Shown here: positions 29,209 through 39,188 of the stretch, one piece after another
How the letters are laid out: each line of letters begins with the position of its first letter
Position numbering within the stretch: the first letter of the stretch is position 1
Source: an uncultured virus (IMG/VR IMGVR_UViG_3300029787_005093)
Lineage: Duplodnaviria; Heunggongvirae; Uroviricota; Caudoviricetes
Reading direction: 5' to 3' (one strand)
Length of the DNA: 59,152 nt
IMG/VR virus record: IMGVR_UViG_3300029787_005093
Translations under genes and position numbers: made by a program
Notes under the pieces: generated by a model
What the model saw: the letters and a program-made list of their open reading frames with translations, nothing else
Told to the model about the DNA's origin: nothing
The model's database searches: none

Positions 29209-30529
29209 AAATTCTATATTTTAATTCTTTATCTATAGAGTAATTTCTCATTACATTTATATTATGTTGAAGTACATCTTTCATATCAACGTACATATTA
29301 AATAATTCTGTTGTTGATTTTTTTGATACTTCTAATAATATATCCATTACTGATTTTAATCTATCCCAATCGTTTTCAATTTCATCATAACTTTCATCCC
29401 ACCATTTATCAAATGTTTTAAATCCTCTTTCTTTTAATACTTTTAGTGCTCTATAAGGTCCATACTGTATTATAGGATGCCCACAATATATAGGATTAAA
29501 AGTTGAACTATGTAAATGACATGCTCCAGGTACTTCCGGAAATGCACACATAACAACACTTATGAAAGTATTTCTATAATGAATAGACTGGAAAGGTAAA
29601 TCAGCATTAAACTGTCCTACTTCATATCCGGGCTCACCATGATTAGTTTGATCTGTATTATCAATATCAAAAGGTATTTGCTTTTTTAACGAATCTATAT
29701 TATCATTATCTAATAAAAAATTAAACGTTCCATGACCCCAGTTAGACATATCTTCTTTATGAAACTTTGGATAGCTTATTAATGATTTATCAATTAAATT
29801 AAATTTATTAAAAAATAACATCATTAAGTTTCTTTGTAATCTTCCTGTGCGGTTAACTTTTAAAAAAGTTTTTATATTACTCCATTGCTCTCTTTTATAC
29901 TGTATTTCTTCTTCAACATCAACTACTGCAGGAAGAGCTTTTTCGTGAACTAATCTTTTTGTATCAGTTACATTCCACATATAACTTATTACATTTATAA
30001 AACTTTTATGCGCATTATTTTTTGTATATACTTTATGTAACTTTTCAGCAACTAAATTATTAGTAATATAGTATACTTGACTAGGGGGTAGTTTTAGTAT
30101 TTCTAAAGACTTATATAGAATAGGGTAAAAGTCCCATACATGATCTCCTTCTAATGCATTATCTAAAATTAATTTACATTTACCTACTCTAACGTAATCT
30201 AATATTTTATCTGGTATTATTTGTAAATTGGCAGCTGCTAATTCTTGGTGGTGGTGTAAAAGTACAATATACGAAGTATTGTGGTTTTCATCATAATCTT
30301 CTAATTTTATACCTTTTAAGTTTAATATTTCACGATTACCTAAAGAAGAATGAGAAAATAAAGGACGTCTTATAATATAACCTCTATTATCTTCCTCCTC
30401 CACAGTATGGTCTTTGTAAGGATTAATATTAGCATAAAGATCCATAATTTCTTGAGAAGCATCATGTAAATATGCTTGATTAAAATCGTCTATTAAATAA
30501 GTCTGATCATTCATAATATATTTCTTCAA
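29198..30529 (-). CDS. Phage glycosyltransferase-like protein
   Basis: FLKVNRTGR...R, HPIIQYG...LKERGFKTFDKWWDESYD...HN; resembles GT-B-like C-termini; function inferred from context. Confidence 0.45.
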   Translation of the reverse strand: MKKYIMNDQTYLIDDFNQAYLHDASQEIMDLYANINPYKDHTVEEEDNRGYIIRRPLFSHSSLGNREILNLKGIKLEDYDENHNTSYIVLLHHHQELAAANLQIIPDKILDYVRVGKCKLILDNALEGDHVWDFYPILYKSLEILKLPPSQVYYITNNLVAEKLHKVYTKNNAHKSFINVISYMWNVTDTKRLVHEKALPAVVDVEEEIQYKREQWSNIKTFLKVNRTGRLQRNLMMLFFNKFNLIDKSLISYPKFHKEDMSNWGHGTFNFLLDNDNIDSLKKQIPFDIDNTDQTNHGEPGYEVGQFNADLPFQSIHYRNTFISVVMCAFPEVPGACHLHSSTFNPIYCGHPIIQYGPYRALKVLKERGFKTFDKWWDESYDEIENDWDRLKSVMDILLEVSKKSTTELFNMYVDMKDVLQHNINVMRNYSIDKELKYRIYEQ

Positions 30530-31331
30530 TTTTAGATTTTAGATCTTCAGCGATAATGTTACATGAATTAGCATCAGGATGAGAATTTTTCATTGTTATT
30601 ACTCTAATATTAACCCTGTCTTGATCGTTTTTTTCATCTCTAAATGCAACTATTTTGCTTTTATCAATTTTATCCATTAAAACTTTTAGATCGGGGTATT
30701 CATAAGTATTAAAAGTATCAGCAATTGGTTGAAATCTTACAAATAAGTAATCAATATTATTTGCAATAAAATAACTTTGTAAATTAATTAAATTTAAATA
30801 ATACTTTATCAAATTGTTTCTAATCCAATTATCATCATTTTTAATCCATTCCTGTGTATAGTTGTAATATGCTTCTATAGTATTAAAGTATTCATCATTA
30901 GGAAGATCCATATTTTTTGTTAATAATCTAATATAGCTTTCATAATTACTAATTTTATTATTGATTGAATAGGATCTATCTAAACCTATTCTATGCATTA
31001 TATAATTTTTAAGATCTGAGTTACTCCTATTTTTTATCCCATTTGCATTTAAGTTTAGAATAGTATTATCAAACCAAACACTTTGTCTTCCCGGCCATGT
31101 TAATCCTATAATTACTAGTGTATCCTTACTGTGTATAGTTTCTGGTGAAAGAAAGTTGCTAAGATCCATTATAGTTCTATCAGATATAGTTTGCATTGAG
31201 TTACTATTAGCAGATTTATTATTTAAAGAAAGATTTAGTTTTTCCCCAAGTAAGTAGGGCCAAGTTTTATCTTCATCTAGAAGATGTCCTTTAGTAAAAC
31301 TACATCCGTTAATATAAAGATTTTTATACAT
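30507..31331 (-). CDS. SGNH/GDSL-like protein
   Basis: INGCSFTKG, WPYLL, IIGLT, HPDANS. Confidence 0.7.
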   Translation of the reverse strand: MYKNLYINGCSFTKGHLLDEDKTWPYLLGEKLNLSLNNKSANSNSMQTISDRTIMDLSNFLSPETIHSKDTLVIIGLTWPGRQSVWFDNTILNLNANGIKNRSNSDLKNYIMHRIGLDRSYSINNKISNYESYIRLLTKNMDLPNDEYFNTIEAYYNYTQEWIKNDDNWIRNNLIKYYLNLINLQSYFIANNIDYLFVRFQPIADTFNTYEYPDLKVLMDKIDKSKIVAFRDEKNDQDRVNIRVITMKNSHPDANSCNIIAEDLKSKIEEIYYE

Positions 31332-32211
31332 TTTTTAACTGTTTACCTAAATATTTAGCCCATAAATTATGTGATAATTCAGTAGGGTGATAGGTTTCAT
31401 CAAATAAATGAAGTCTAGCATCATGGTCTTTAGTAAGCTCTGGTGGTAGTTCTTCTTTCATTCTCTCTATCATAGTTTTTTTAATAAATAAATTATCATA
31501 TAACTTAAAATAAGTTTCAAATAATCCTCCTATATTCATTTCACTTAGATAACCACCTTCTTTTTTATAGTGTTTATATAAAGAGTGTATAAATTTATTA
31601 AGATTTACACTTTCGAATACTGCATGTCTGTCAGGATCTAAAACTGCTTCAGTAGATTCATAAAATCCATCAAAAAAATAATGTTTTATATTATTTACCT
31701 TAAAAGTATTATGTAGAGTTATAACCTGTGTGATATATCTGGTTATGTATTCTTCTTCATTCCAAAAATATCTTCCGTACAAATCATAAAACTTCTTTTT
31801 ATCTTTATGATTCAAAGCATTATTTTGTAATTGAGATGGATACATAGTCTCCCAGGCTTTTATATTTTCTACTCCATCTTTCCAAAAGAAATCTTTCCTT
31901 TCTGGGGAGGTCCACCCTATAATAGCTACTATTTGACTAGATTCATACTGTTTAAGTATAGAAGGTAGGTTATTTAATACTCTTCTTACTATTCCATCAT
32001 TAGAAGACCCTGCTTTCGAAATATTTAAAGTTTCATAATTAAGTAACTTACCTAATTTATGTGGCCAAACTCGAGGTAATCGATATTGAGCGTTATCTGG
32101 ATGATTAACATGCCAAGGTTGATCAGGAAATAGTTCCGGATCGACTATATCTCCTGCTGTCCAGCTACATCCATCAGCTAATAATAGTTTTTTCTTTACT
32201 TTTGCAGCCAT
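31324..32211 (-). CDS. SGNH/GDSL-like protein
   Basis: ADGCSWTAG, NISKAGSSN, IIGWT, YHPTELSH. Confidence 0.7.
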   Translation of the reverse strand: MAAKVKKKLLLADGCSWTAGDIVDPELFPDQPWHVNHPDNAQYRLPRVWPHKLGKLLNYETLNISKAGSSNDGIVRRVLNNLPSILKQYESSQIVAIIGWTSPERKDFFWKDGVENIKAWETMYPSQLQNNALNHKDKKKFYDLYGRYFWNEEEYITRYITQVITLHNTFKVNNIKHYFFDGFYESTEAVLDPDRHAVFESVNLNKFIHSLYKHYKKEGGYLSEMNIGGLFETYFKLYDNLFIKKTMIERMKEELPPELTKDHDARLHLFDETYHPTELSHNLWAKYLGKQLKNV

Positions 32212-32909
32212 TCGTCTTTGTATAATATAGGATGGTTACCATTAATAGATTCGTCCATTATTTTATAATATGTATGTTTTTTAAAACTTGTTGTGAATAA
32301 AGGAAAAGCATTAGAAGTAATATTTAAATCATTTAAAAAATTATCATAGTTAGTAAAAAACATATTAACATGAGTATTAGTTAAAGCTGATTTATTTAAT
32401 GATATTTTTTCTATATCCCCTCTAAAAGGAAAGCTATGCTCTTCAGAAAACATTGTTGCTGCTCCTAACCATAACAAGCTATGAGTATAATCATCACTAA
32501 GTAGTTTAACATCTTGTTGTAAAACCTTACCATTTACTGAAAAAGTAAATTTTTCTCCATTTCTTCTTAATATTACATCAAAATATTCTACTTTATCATC
32601 TAATTTAAAACTATGAGTTAATGATTTAAAATCATCTCCTTGTTTTCCTAACTCCCACCATTCAAAAACTACCTGCTCTTCGTTATTATTTAACTTATAA
32701 AAAATTCCTATATGTTTACCATTCATTGCTATAGGACACCCTACATGATCTGAGCCCATATTAATATTTTGTAAGCCACTTTCTCTATCAGGTTTAAATC
32801 TTAGTAGTAAAGTAAACTCAGAATCCCAAAATCTTGCTCCATTATTTAAGATTAAGCTATTATGGTTTCCAGTTTGGAATAAATAAACATTTTCAGTATC
32901 GAATAACAT
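32196..32909 (-). CDS. Stand-alone LamG/ConA-like beta-sandwich protein
   Basis: FTLLLRFKP...FSVNG...LWLGA...FRGDIEKI...DESINGNH; parallels the inserts in the two GT7 proteins. Confidence 0.6.
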   Translation of the reverse strand: MLFDTENVYLFQTGNHNSLILNNGARFWDSEFTLLLRFKPDRESGLQNINMGSDHVGCPIAMNGKHIGIFYKLNNNEEQVVFEWWELGKQGDDFKSLTHSFKLDDKVEYFDVILRRNGEKFTFSVNGKVLQQDVKLLSDDYTHSLLWLGAATMFSEEHSFPFRGDIEKISLNKSALTNTHVNMFFTNYDNFLNDLNITSNAFPLFTTSFKKHTYYKIMDESINGNHPILYKDEWLQK

Positions 32910-32910
32910 A

Positions 32911-34317
32911 TTATATTTTTATATTTTGACAATAATGCCAAAAATCTTCTAGCTCAGGATAAGTTTTAACAAAATTAGTACCTCTTCTTTCATCATGAGC
33001 TTTAAAAAACTTACCAAAATTATATCTTTGATGTTTTAATTGTTCATCTTCTTCTCTAGAAATCATCCAATCATATATTCTTTTTATTTTTTGAGTTTCT
33101 ATATCAGAATACCCCACGTGTTTATGGTCAAATTTAGGAATACCTAAAAAATCTGTATATTGAGCAGTCTTAAAAACTTCTTTAGCCCACTTTTGAGGTA
33201 AAACTTGTACTGTTTGATGAGTAGGGTATCTTAAATAAGAAGAATCTAAAAATATTGCTGATGTCCAGTATCTATCAGTAGAAGCATATTCTTTTTTTAA
33301 GTCATATACACCATCGATAAGCTTTTTATAACTTGGTACTGATAAAGCATTAAAGGTAGACATTATCGTTAGGTTAACTTTTGGACATTTGGTCAATACT
33401 TTATTCATATTATCCCAAAAACGATTAAATTCTAATCCATTTCTTATGTATTCAGCTTGTTCCCCCCATCCATCTATAGAAGTAAATATAATAAATTCAT
33501 TAACTCGGTCTTCATCTTCTATCCTATTTACTTTTTCAATAAATTTATCTAATAACGCATCTTGTATACCTAAATTAGAGTTAATAGCTAAGTTTAATTT
33601 ACGATTTGGGTTAGGTTCGTTAATTATGTAATCTAAAACACCCCAAGTATCTTTTGATAATAAAGGTTCTCCGCCAGTAATTCTGAAGGTATGTAGATCT
33701 CGGTACAAATCAGGCCACCATTTCCAAAAAGCTTCTACATAAGGGTTATGTTCTCTATGATTAATAGGCATTTTACCTTCTTTCCTTAAAACCTCCATGT
33801 CATTGAAGTTATCCATAGTAGGATAAGCTCCATATTTATTTGCTTCTTGTACCCATGAAGAAGAAAAAGAAGGACCACAGTAAGAACATTTAAAATTACA
33901 TCTATTTGAAAAAGCTACTTCAACATACTTAGGATTATAGTCAGCTCTCCAGTCTGCGGTTGCTATTTCGTTAAAATGTGGTAAAGACCAGCTTTCATTT
34001 GACTTAAATACTCGGTCTGAAAATCTATCTGAGTTATCTTCTACATTCCAGCAGTAATCACACTCTTTAGGCCTCTTACCTTCAAGCATTTCTTTACGTT
34101 TCTTCTTTTTGAACCTAGTATTATGTAATGCAGAAGGATTTCTTTTAATTTCTTTTACTGGTATATGATGAGTTGAAGGGTGATGGCATGAATGAGTCTG
34201 TCCCATCTGTAAATGCATGGTTACTTGAGTCCATTTTGCTAAACACATACCGCATCCTATTCCATCCAGCTTTTTTTTAGTTTCTGCGTAGTGAGGATTA
34301 TCAAATGTTATAGACAT
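32911..34317 (-). CDS. Radical SAM protein with N-terminal twitch-like domain
   Basis: CLAKW...SCHH...CDYCW; CNFKCSYC; TGGEPL; SIDG...YIRNG. Confidence 0.9.
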   Translation of the reverse strand: MSITFDNPHYAETKKKLDGIGCGMCLAKWTQVTMHLQMGQTHSCHHPSTHHIPVKEIKRNPSALHNTRFKKKKRKEMLEGKRPKECDYCWNVEDNSDRFSDRVFKSNESWSLPHFNEIATADWRADYNPKYVEVAFSNRCNFKCSYCGPSFSSSWVQEANKYGAYPTMDNFNDMEVLRKEGKMPINHREHNPYVEAFWKWWPDLYRDLHTFRITGGEPLLSKDTWGVLDYIINEPNPNRKLNLAINSNLGIQDALLDKFIEKVNRIEDEDRVNEFIIFTSIDGWGEQAEYIRNGLEFNRFWDNMNKVLTKCPKVNLTIMSTFNALSVPSYKKLIDGVYDLKKEYASTDRYWTSAIFLDSSYLRYPTHQTVQVLPQKWAKEVFKTAQYTDFLGIPKFDHKHVGYSDIETQKIKRIYDWMISREEDEQLKHQRYNFGKFFKAHDERRGTNFVKTYPELEDFWHYCQNIKI

Positions 34318-34321
34318 ATAT

Positions 34322-35677
34322 TTATAACTTTACATTTATTAACTTAGCCCAAGGAGCTAATTTTTTTTCTTCTAAAAAAGTATATTTTAAACTATTTAAA
34401 CCGTCTTTTTTGTATCTATGCTTACCTTGTTGCATTTTTAATACATACTTTCTTTCGTTTTCAGCTGTGGTTTCTCCTTTAATCCATTTTCCGTCTACTA
34501 AACCTTCAGTTTGGTGAGGTAAACATCTAAATCTTCCATCTACTCGGTGCGGTATTATAGAGTGATTAATAACCATATCATCTTTTTCTATCAACTTTAC
34601 ATTTTTTGACTTGAAAGAATTATCTTCTGTTAATTTATATATCTCTCTACCTCTACTTTCTATTATTACCTCACCTATATCACCTTTAAAGTAACTCCCA
34701 GGGTGGTTTTTATCGAAAGAAGGAGTATGTCCAATATAAATATTCTGATTCTTGTAATTATATAGTTGTCCTTTCCAATTTAATGGCGATTGAGTACCAT
34801 GTCCTGCTCTTGCATCTGCTTCTATACCATTTAAGTAGAAATGACATAGTTTATCTTTAACATTAAACTCTGCGGTTAACCAAGACCATTGTTGAGCATA
34901 TCTTTTCAACCACATATAGTTATGTTGATTAAAACTATTCCAGAATTGCAAAGTCATAGCACGAGAATTATTATAAGCGAACCCAAAATCATATCCCGGT
35001 ATCCTTAAAATAGGAAATTCTACAAAGTCTGCATCAGGAGTACCTATTAAGTGTATAGGAGCTTTATGTTGCTGATGTTCAGCTTTAACTAAAACTGATA
35101 TTTTAAAGTCTTTCTTAAAGAAATTAGGTTTTAATACTTTGGAAGGTATTTCTAATGTAGAGTTTTCACCATTAAATCTATAATACTTATTATATCTAGG
35201 TAAATTTGCTTCTTTTACATCAGTATACCCTTCTAAATGACATCTCCAAAATAGATCATCATCTTCCATCCCCCAATCCCAGTAATTATTAGAATATCCA
35301 TTAGTCTTATAAGCTTGTTCTTTTGTAAAGAGTACTGCTCCACCAAAATACTCTTGATATTTAAGTTGATAATCACTTTGTGATATACTTATTGCAATAT
35401 GACGTGGATTATCAGTAGGATAAGAGTAATCACATGTATCATTTTCAGGTATCATATCTATATCATGCCAAACTATATAATCACAACCATCTTTAAAGGC
35501 AAATTCTGCTGCTACATTCTTCATAGCACCTCTATTAAAGAGTTTATCATCACATTGGTGACCAAAATACATGCAAAACTCTATATTTCTTTCTTTTAAG
35601 AATTTTCCTACCTTAGGAATGAATTCATGTAGGTGTTTTTCACGATTTCTATATGGAACACATACTCCTAACTTCAT
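34322..35677 (-). CDS. GT7 (beta-1,4-galactosyltransferase-like) protein with inserted LamG-like domain
   Basis: VPYRNR, FNRG, WHDID, YFGG, GYSNNYWDWGMEDDD; insert FNGENS...YLNG...FKGDIGEV; GT7 tail DGLNSLKY. Confidence 0.85.
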   Translation of the reverse strand: MKLGVCVPYRNREKHLHEFIPKVGKFLKERNIEFCMYFGHQCDDKLFNRGAMKNVAAEFAFKDGCDYIVWHDIDMIPENDTCDYSYPTDNPRHIAISISQSDYQLKYQEYFGGAVLFTKEQAYKTNGYSNNYWDWGMEDDDLFWRCHLEGYTDVKEANLPRYNKYYRFNGENSTLEIPSKVLKPNFFKKDFKISVLVKAEHQQHKAPIHLIGTPDADFVEFPILRIPGYDFGFAYNNSRAMTLQFWNSFNQHNYMWLKRYAQQWSWLTAEFNVKDKLCHFYLNGIEADARAGHGTQSPLNWKGQLYNYKNQNIYIGHTPSFDKNHPGSYFKGDIGEVIIESRGREIYKLTEDNSFKSKNVKLIEKDDMVINHSIIPHRVDGRFRCLPHQTEGLVDGKWIKGETTAENERKYVLKMQQGKHRYKKDGLNSLKYTFLEEKKLAPWAKLINVKL

Positions 35678-36072
35678 ACTGTCTTAGATATTAATTGTTT
35701 AAACTTCGTAGTACTCCATCCATGAGATCTATTTAAATAATAAATAGGGATTTTCAAATCATCCCCTGTAAAAGGCTTATTTTTATAATCATCACCTAAA
35801 AATCTAATATCAAACTCTCCTTCCTTCAATAATCCATACAATGTACCTTCATAAGTATAAGATATTACATCGCATACGGATTTTAATTCTAATAACATCT
35901 CTTTTCTCTCTTCTACTGATAGAATAGGTTTAATTTTATGAGGTCTTTCAATAGAAGGGTCAGAATGAAGCATAACAACCAAACAATCACAGTTATTAGC
36001 GCATTCTTTAAACATTTTTATATATCCTGGATGCATTACATCGAAATTCCCACAAATTACACCTTTTTTCAT
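35674..36072 (-). CDS. TagD/RfaE-like cytidylyltransferase
   Basis: GNFDVMHPGY (HxGH-like), KPILSVEER, GDDY, RSHGWSTT. Confidence 0.85.
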   Translation of the reverse strand: MKKGVICGNFDVMHPGYIKMFKECANNCDCLVVMLHSDPSIERPHKIKPILSVEERKEMLLELKSVCDVISYTYEGTLYGLLKEGEFDIRFLGDDYKNKPFTGDDLKIPIYYLNRSHGWSTTKFKQLISKTV

Positions 36073-37490
36073 TATATACCTACGTTTAAATGTATTATAC
36101 TTCTTCTGCTCCCTTTTAAATTTTCTTTTCTTCTACCATGTAAGGTAAATTTACAGTTAGATAAGCCATCTTTAGTAAAATCTACTGATCCTTCTTGTAC
36201 TTCGTTTTCAAACCTAAGCTGATTCCATCTAGTATTCTGATCTTTCCACATACCTTCAGTATACCCGTTATTTTCGTGTTCTTCTACTCTAATTTTACTA
36301 TTTCTTCTATAAGGTATAAAATCTACTATATAATCTTTAGCATTATACTTCATAATCTCACAATTTTTAATAGTTCCAGTATTACCTCCTTCAGTTAGGT
36401 CCATTAAATTGTAGTTTTTAATAAATCTAGTATCGTAATACGTATTAATATGTGCTGCTGCGTTATAGTTATTAAAATCTTGTATTAATCCAAAGTATTT
36501 ATTAGTAGATATATCTTTTACTTCGTTTTTATTCAAACAACTATCCCAAATAGCAAAAGAATCTATAGTTCCTTTAAACCACTCTTCATTTCCTTTAGCA
36601 CATCCTAAATATACGAAAGGTTCTTTATTATAATCATGGAGTGGGTTATGAACTGTGCTTTTAGCTCTTAAATTAATGGTACCTACTAACTTCCCACCCA
36701 TATACATACTAAATTCTCTTTCAGATGCACTAAAAGTTACTAATACGTCACTATTTCTTGGTGAAAAGGGTTTAGAAGCTATTTGATGAAACTTTTTCTT
36801 CTTATCAAACAACTGTAATACTACTCTTTTGAAGGAATTATATAAAATAGAGAAATCATACCCTGGTATATTGAATAAAGTAAACCTATCTGACTCTTTA
36901 TCAGGGTTTAGTTTCATTTTTTCGGGGCAGAAAGAAATATAAATAGAGAAATCTTGAGATATATCAATAGTATTACGTAATTTAACGTAAGCATTGAGTC
37001 CATTAAATTTTAACACAGATTTAGAGGTATCAGCTAGTTCTCTATGCTGTCTATCTAATCTAATGTTATTTTTAATACACCTATACCTAAGATCGTCATC
37101 TTCAAATCCCCATCCCCAATAAGTATTAGAGAAACCATTTATCTTTTCAAAGTCTTTTACTGGGAATAAAGTTATTCCACCAAAATACTCCTCAAAAGGT
37201 AAGTCTTGCGTAGCTAAATGCACTGGATAATCAGAATTAGAGTAATCTACCTCAATAGGTGTCATATCTACATCGTGGAATACAACATAATCACATCGCT
37301 GCTTAACTGCTTCTTTGAAACCTATATTAAGTAACGTGCCTCTATTGAAGGCTGATGCGTTATCTTGTTCAACTATGATTATACAGTAGTTAAAGTCTCT
37401 ATTATCTAGATAATTAACTATTTTCTCTTGAAAACTTAAAAGTTGGTCATAGCGATCTCTATATGGTACTATTATCGCTAGCTTTTCCAA
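36072..37490 (-). CDS. GT7 protein with inserted LamG-like domain (second copy)
   Basis: IIVPYRDR, FNRGTLLNIG, FHDVD, YFGG, GFSNTYWGWGFEDDD; insert FNGLNAYV...FKGTIDSFAIW; tail DGLSNCKF. Confidence 0.85.
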   Translation of the reverse strand: MEKLAIIVPYRDRYDQLLSFQEKIVNYLDNRDFNYCIIIVEQDNASAFNRGTLLNIGFKEAVKQRCDYVVFHDVDMTPIEVDYSNSDYPVHLATQDLPFEEYFGGITLFPVKDFEKINGFSNTYWGWGFEDDDLRYRCIKNNIRLDRQHRELADTSKSVLKFNGLNAYVKLRNTIDISQDFSIYISFCPEKMKLNPDKESDRFTLFNIPGYDFSILYNSFKRVVLQLFDKKKKFHQIASKPFSPRNSDVLVTFSASEREFSMYMGGKLVGTINLRAKSTVHNPLHDYNKEPFVYLGCAKGNEEWFKGTIDSFAIWDSCLNKNEVKDISTNKYFGLIQDFNNYNAAAHINTYYDTRFIKNYNLMDLTEGGNTGTIKNCEIMKYNAKDYIVDFIPYRRNSKIRVEEHENNGYTEGMWKDQNTRWNQLRFENEVQEGSVDFTKDGLSNCKFTLHGRRKENLKGSRRSIIHLNVGI

Positions 37491-37498
37491 ATCTTTTG

Positions 37499-37708
37499 TT
37501 ATTTATCTTCTTCTTCTTTAACGTACTTGTTATAGTATTCAGATAAGTACCACTGAAGTCTTTCACTCCACTCGTCTTTATCTATTTCTTCAACCCATAA
37601 TGTAAGATCTTCTAAAGAAGTAGCAATTTTTTCTAATGCTTTAATTTTTCTTTCTTCGATTTCTAGTTTCTGGGCATCTGTGATTGCGGTTTGTACTTTT
37701 GCGCTCAT
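37499..37708 (-). CDS. Small helical hypothetical protein
   Basis: 69-aa ORF coupled to the upstream gene. Confidence 0.6.
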   Translation of the reverse strand: MSAKVQTAITDAQKLEIEERKIKALEKIATSLEDLTLWVEEIDKDEWSERLQWYLSEYYNKYVKEEEDK

Positions 37709-38544
37709 GTTTTAATTATTAATTTAGTTAAACTGTTCCAGTATTTATATTCTGTATATTTAATATAGGAACTTTCTTTCATTTTTACAACTTTAAATAC
37801 AGAATTTTTTATATTTACTTTAAAGTCAAATGCTTTAAGTGAATTATACATTTTTTCATACTCTTCTGAGTAAGAATATTCTTTTTTATTATCAGCTACC
37901 TCTTTAATTCTTTCTATACAGGTAGAATCCCATTTAAAATGGTGTACTTGAGTAAAACATTCTTGTATAGGCATTCTTTTAGGATGAGACTTACCCCAAG
38001 AGTTAGTATTATCATCGAATAAAGCATAATGTTGACCAGAAGTTACTTTTTGATTACCTTTCATTAGAGTAACCTTGTTAGCACATGCACCAGATAAAGG
38101 ATATCTAAAAAAACCAGCTAAAGGGAAAGCTTTTAATATATCCGTCTCTCTGCTAATAATAGGAAATGTACCATCTATACCTAATCTATCTAAGAAACCA
38201 CCTGTAACAAAGGTATACCCATGTTTATCACAGTGTTTCATTATATCTTCTAATGGCTCAGGATAAACTTGTAGTTCATCATCGTCAGATACTATCCACC
38301 AATCGTTAGGCTTAGTTAATTTTACTTCATTATATAAGTCTGTTACTTTATTCCAGTTAAATTTAGGTTCTGTAACTACTTTATACGGTCTTATACCTAA
38401 TTCTTCTATTTCTTCTAGGATACCATCATTATTATGTTGTCTATAAACTACAACATACATTTTTTCTACTTTATCTTCATAATGTTTAAGCATATGAGGT
38501 AAAATAGTTGTATTATGTCCTACTACTGTAACTAAATTAGGCAT
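37705..38544 (-). CDS. GT-A glycosyltransferase-like protein (GT2_4/GT92-like)
   Basis: LKHY, WWIVSDDDEL, GQH, HHFKW. Confidence 0.7.
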   Translation of the reverse strand: MPNLVTVVGHNTTILPHMLKHYEDKVEKMYVVVYRQHNNDGILEEIEELGIRPYKVVTEPKFNWNKVTDLYNEVKLTKPNDWWIVSDDDELQVYPEPLEDIMKHCDKHGYTFVTGGFLDRLGIDGTFPIISRETDILKAFPLAGFFRYPLSGACANKVTLMKGNQKVTSGQHYALFDDNTNSWGKSHPKRMPIQECFTQVHHFKWDSTCIERIKEVADNKKEYSYSEEYEKMYNSLKAFDFKVNIKNSVFKVVKMKESSYIKYTEYKYWNSLTKLIIKT

Positions 38545-39188
38545 TTTTGTATATAATCTTTATTATCTATTTTATTTTTTATAAATTCAGCAAATTTTGT
38601 ATGACCGTTCCAACTAAAGTGTATACTATCTTCTATTACTCCTTTAGTATCTTCAGAAATTGTTTCAAAATCATCTGTATCTTTCCATATTTTAATATTC
38701 CAAATATAAGTTTTTACTTCTTTATCTATTAATTCAATAGCTAAGTCTTCTAATATGTTATAGTAATAATCGTTCCATAAATCTTTATAAGGGTATATGA
38801 AAGATTTTCTAAAGTCTAATAATACTTGTTTTTGTTTATCATCAAAGGGTGAATTTTGTATACTTAACCATCCTGCTAAGTTATCTGAGATGATTCTTTG
38901 GGAATCTAAAGAAGGTACTAACAGTCCATAAGGTGAAGTAGTACTAACAATTAGTTGATCACCTTTTTTAAAGTTTTTTAAGTTTTTTATTATACTGTTT
39001 ATAATAGATGGAGAAGACCCTGCAATTGTAGCAATATTTTTTTGTTCTAAATTTAAATACTCTGCAACTATATCAGTCCATCTTCTTTTATGATTACCGT
39101 TAGTGTATTTATAATATTCTGATCCTTTACCTGGTCTACAACCGTAACCATAAGTAATACTATCTCCTGCAAACCAAATATTAGACAT
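38532..39188 (-). CDS. SGNH/GDSL-like protein
   Basis: FAGDSITYG, NIATIAGSS, DSIHFSWNGH. Confidence 0.7.
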   Translation of the reverse strand: MSNIWFAGDSITYGYGCRPGKGSEYYKYTNGNHKRRWTDIVAEYLNLEQKNIATIAGSSPSIINSIIKNLKNFKKGDQLIVSTTSPYGLLVPSLDSQRIISDNLAGWLSIQNSPFDDKQKQVLLDFRKSFIYPYKDLWNDYYYNILEDLAIELIDKEVKTYIWNIKIWKDTDDFETISEDTKGVIEDSIHFSWNGHTKFAEFIKNKIDNKDYIQKCLI

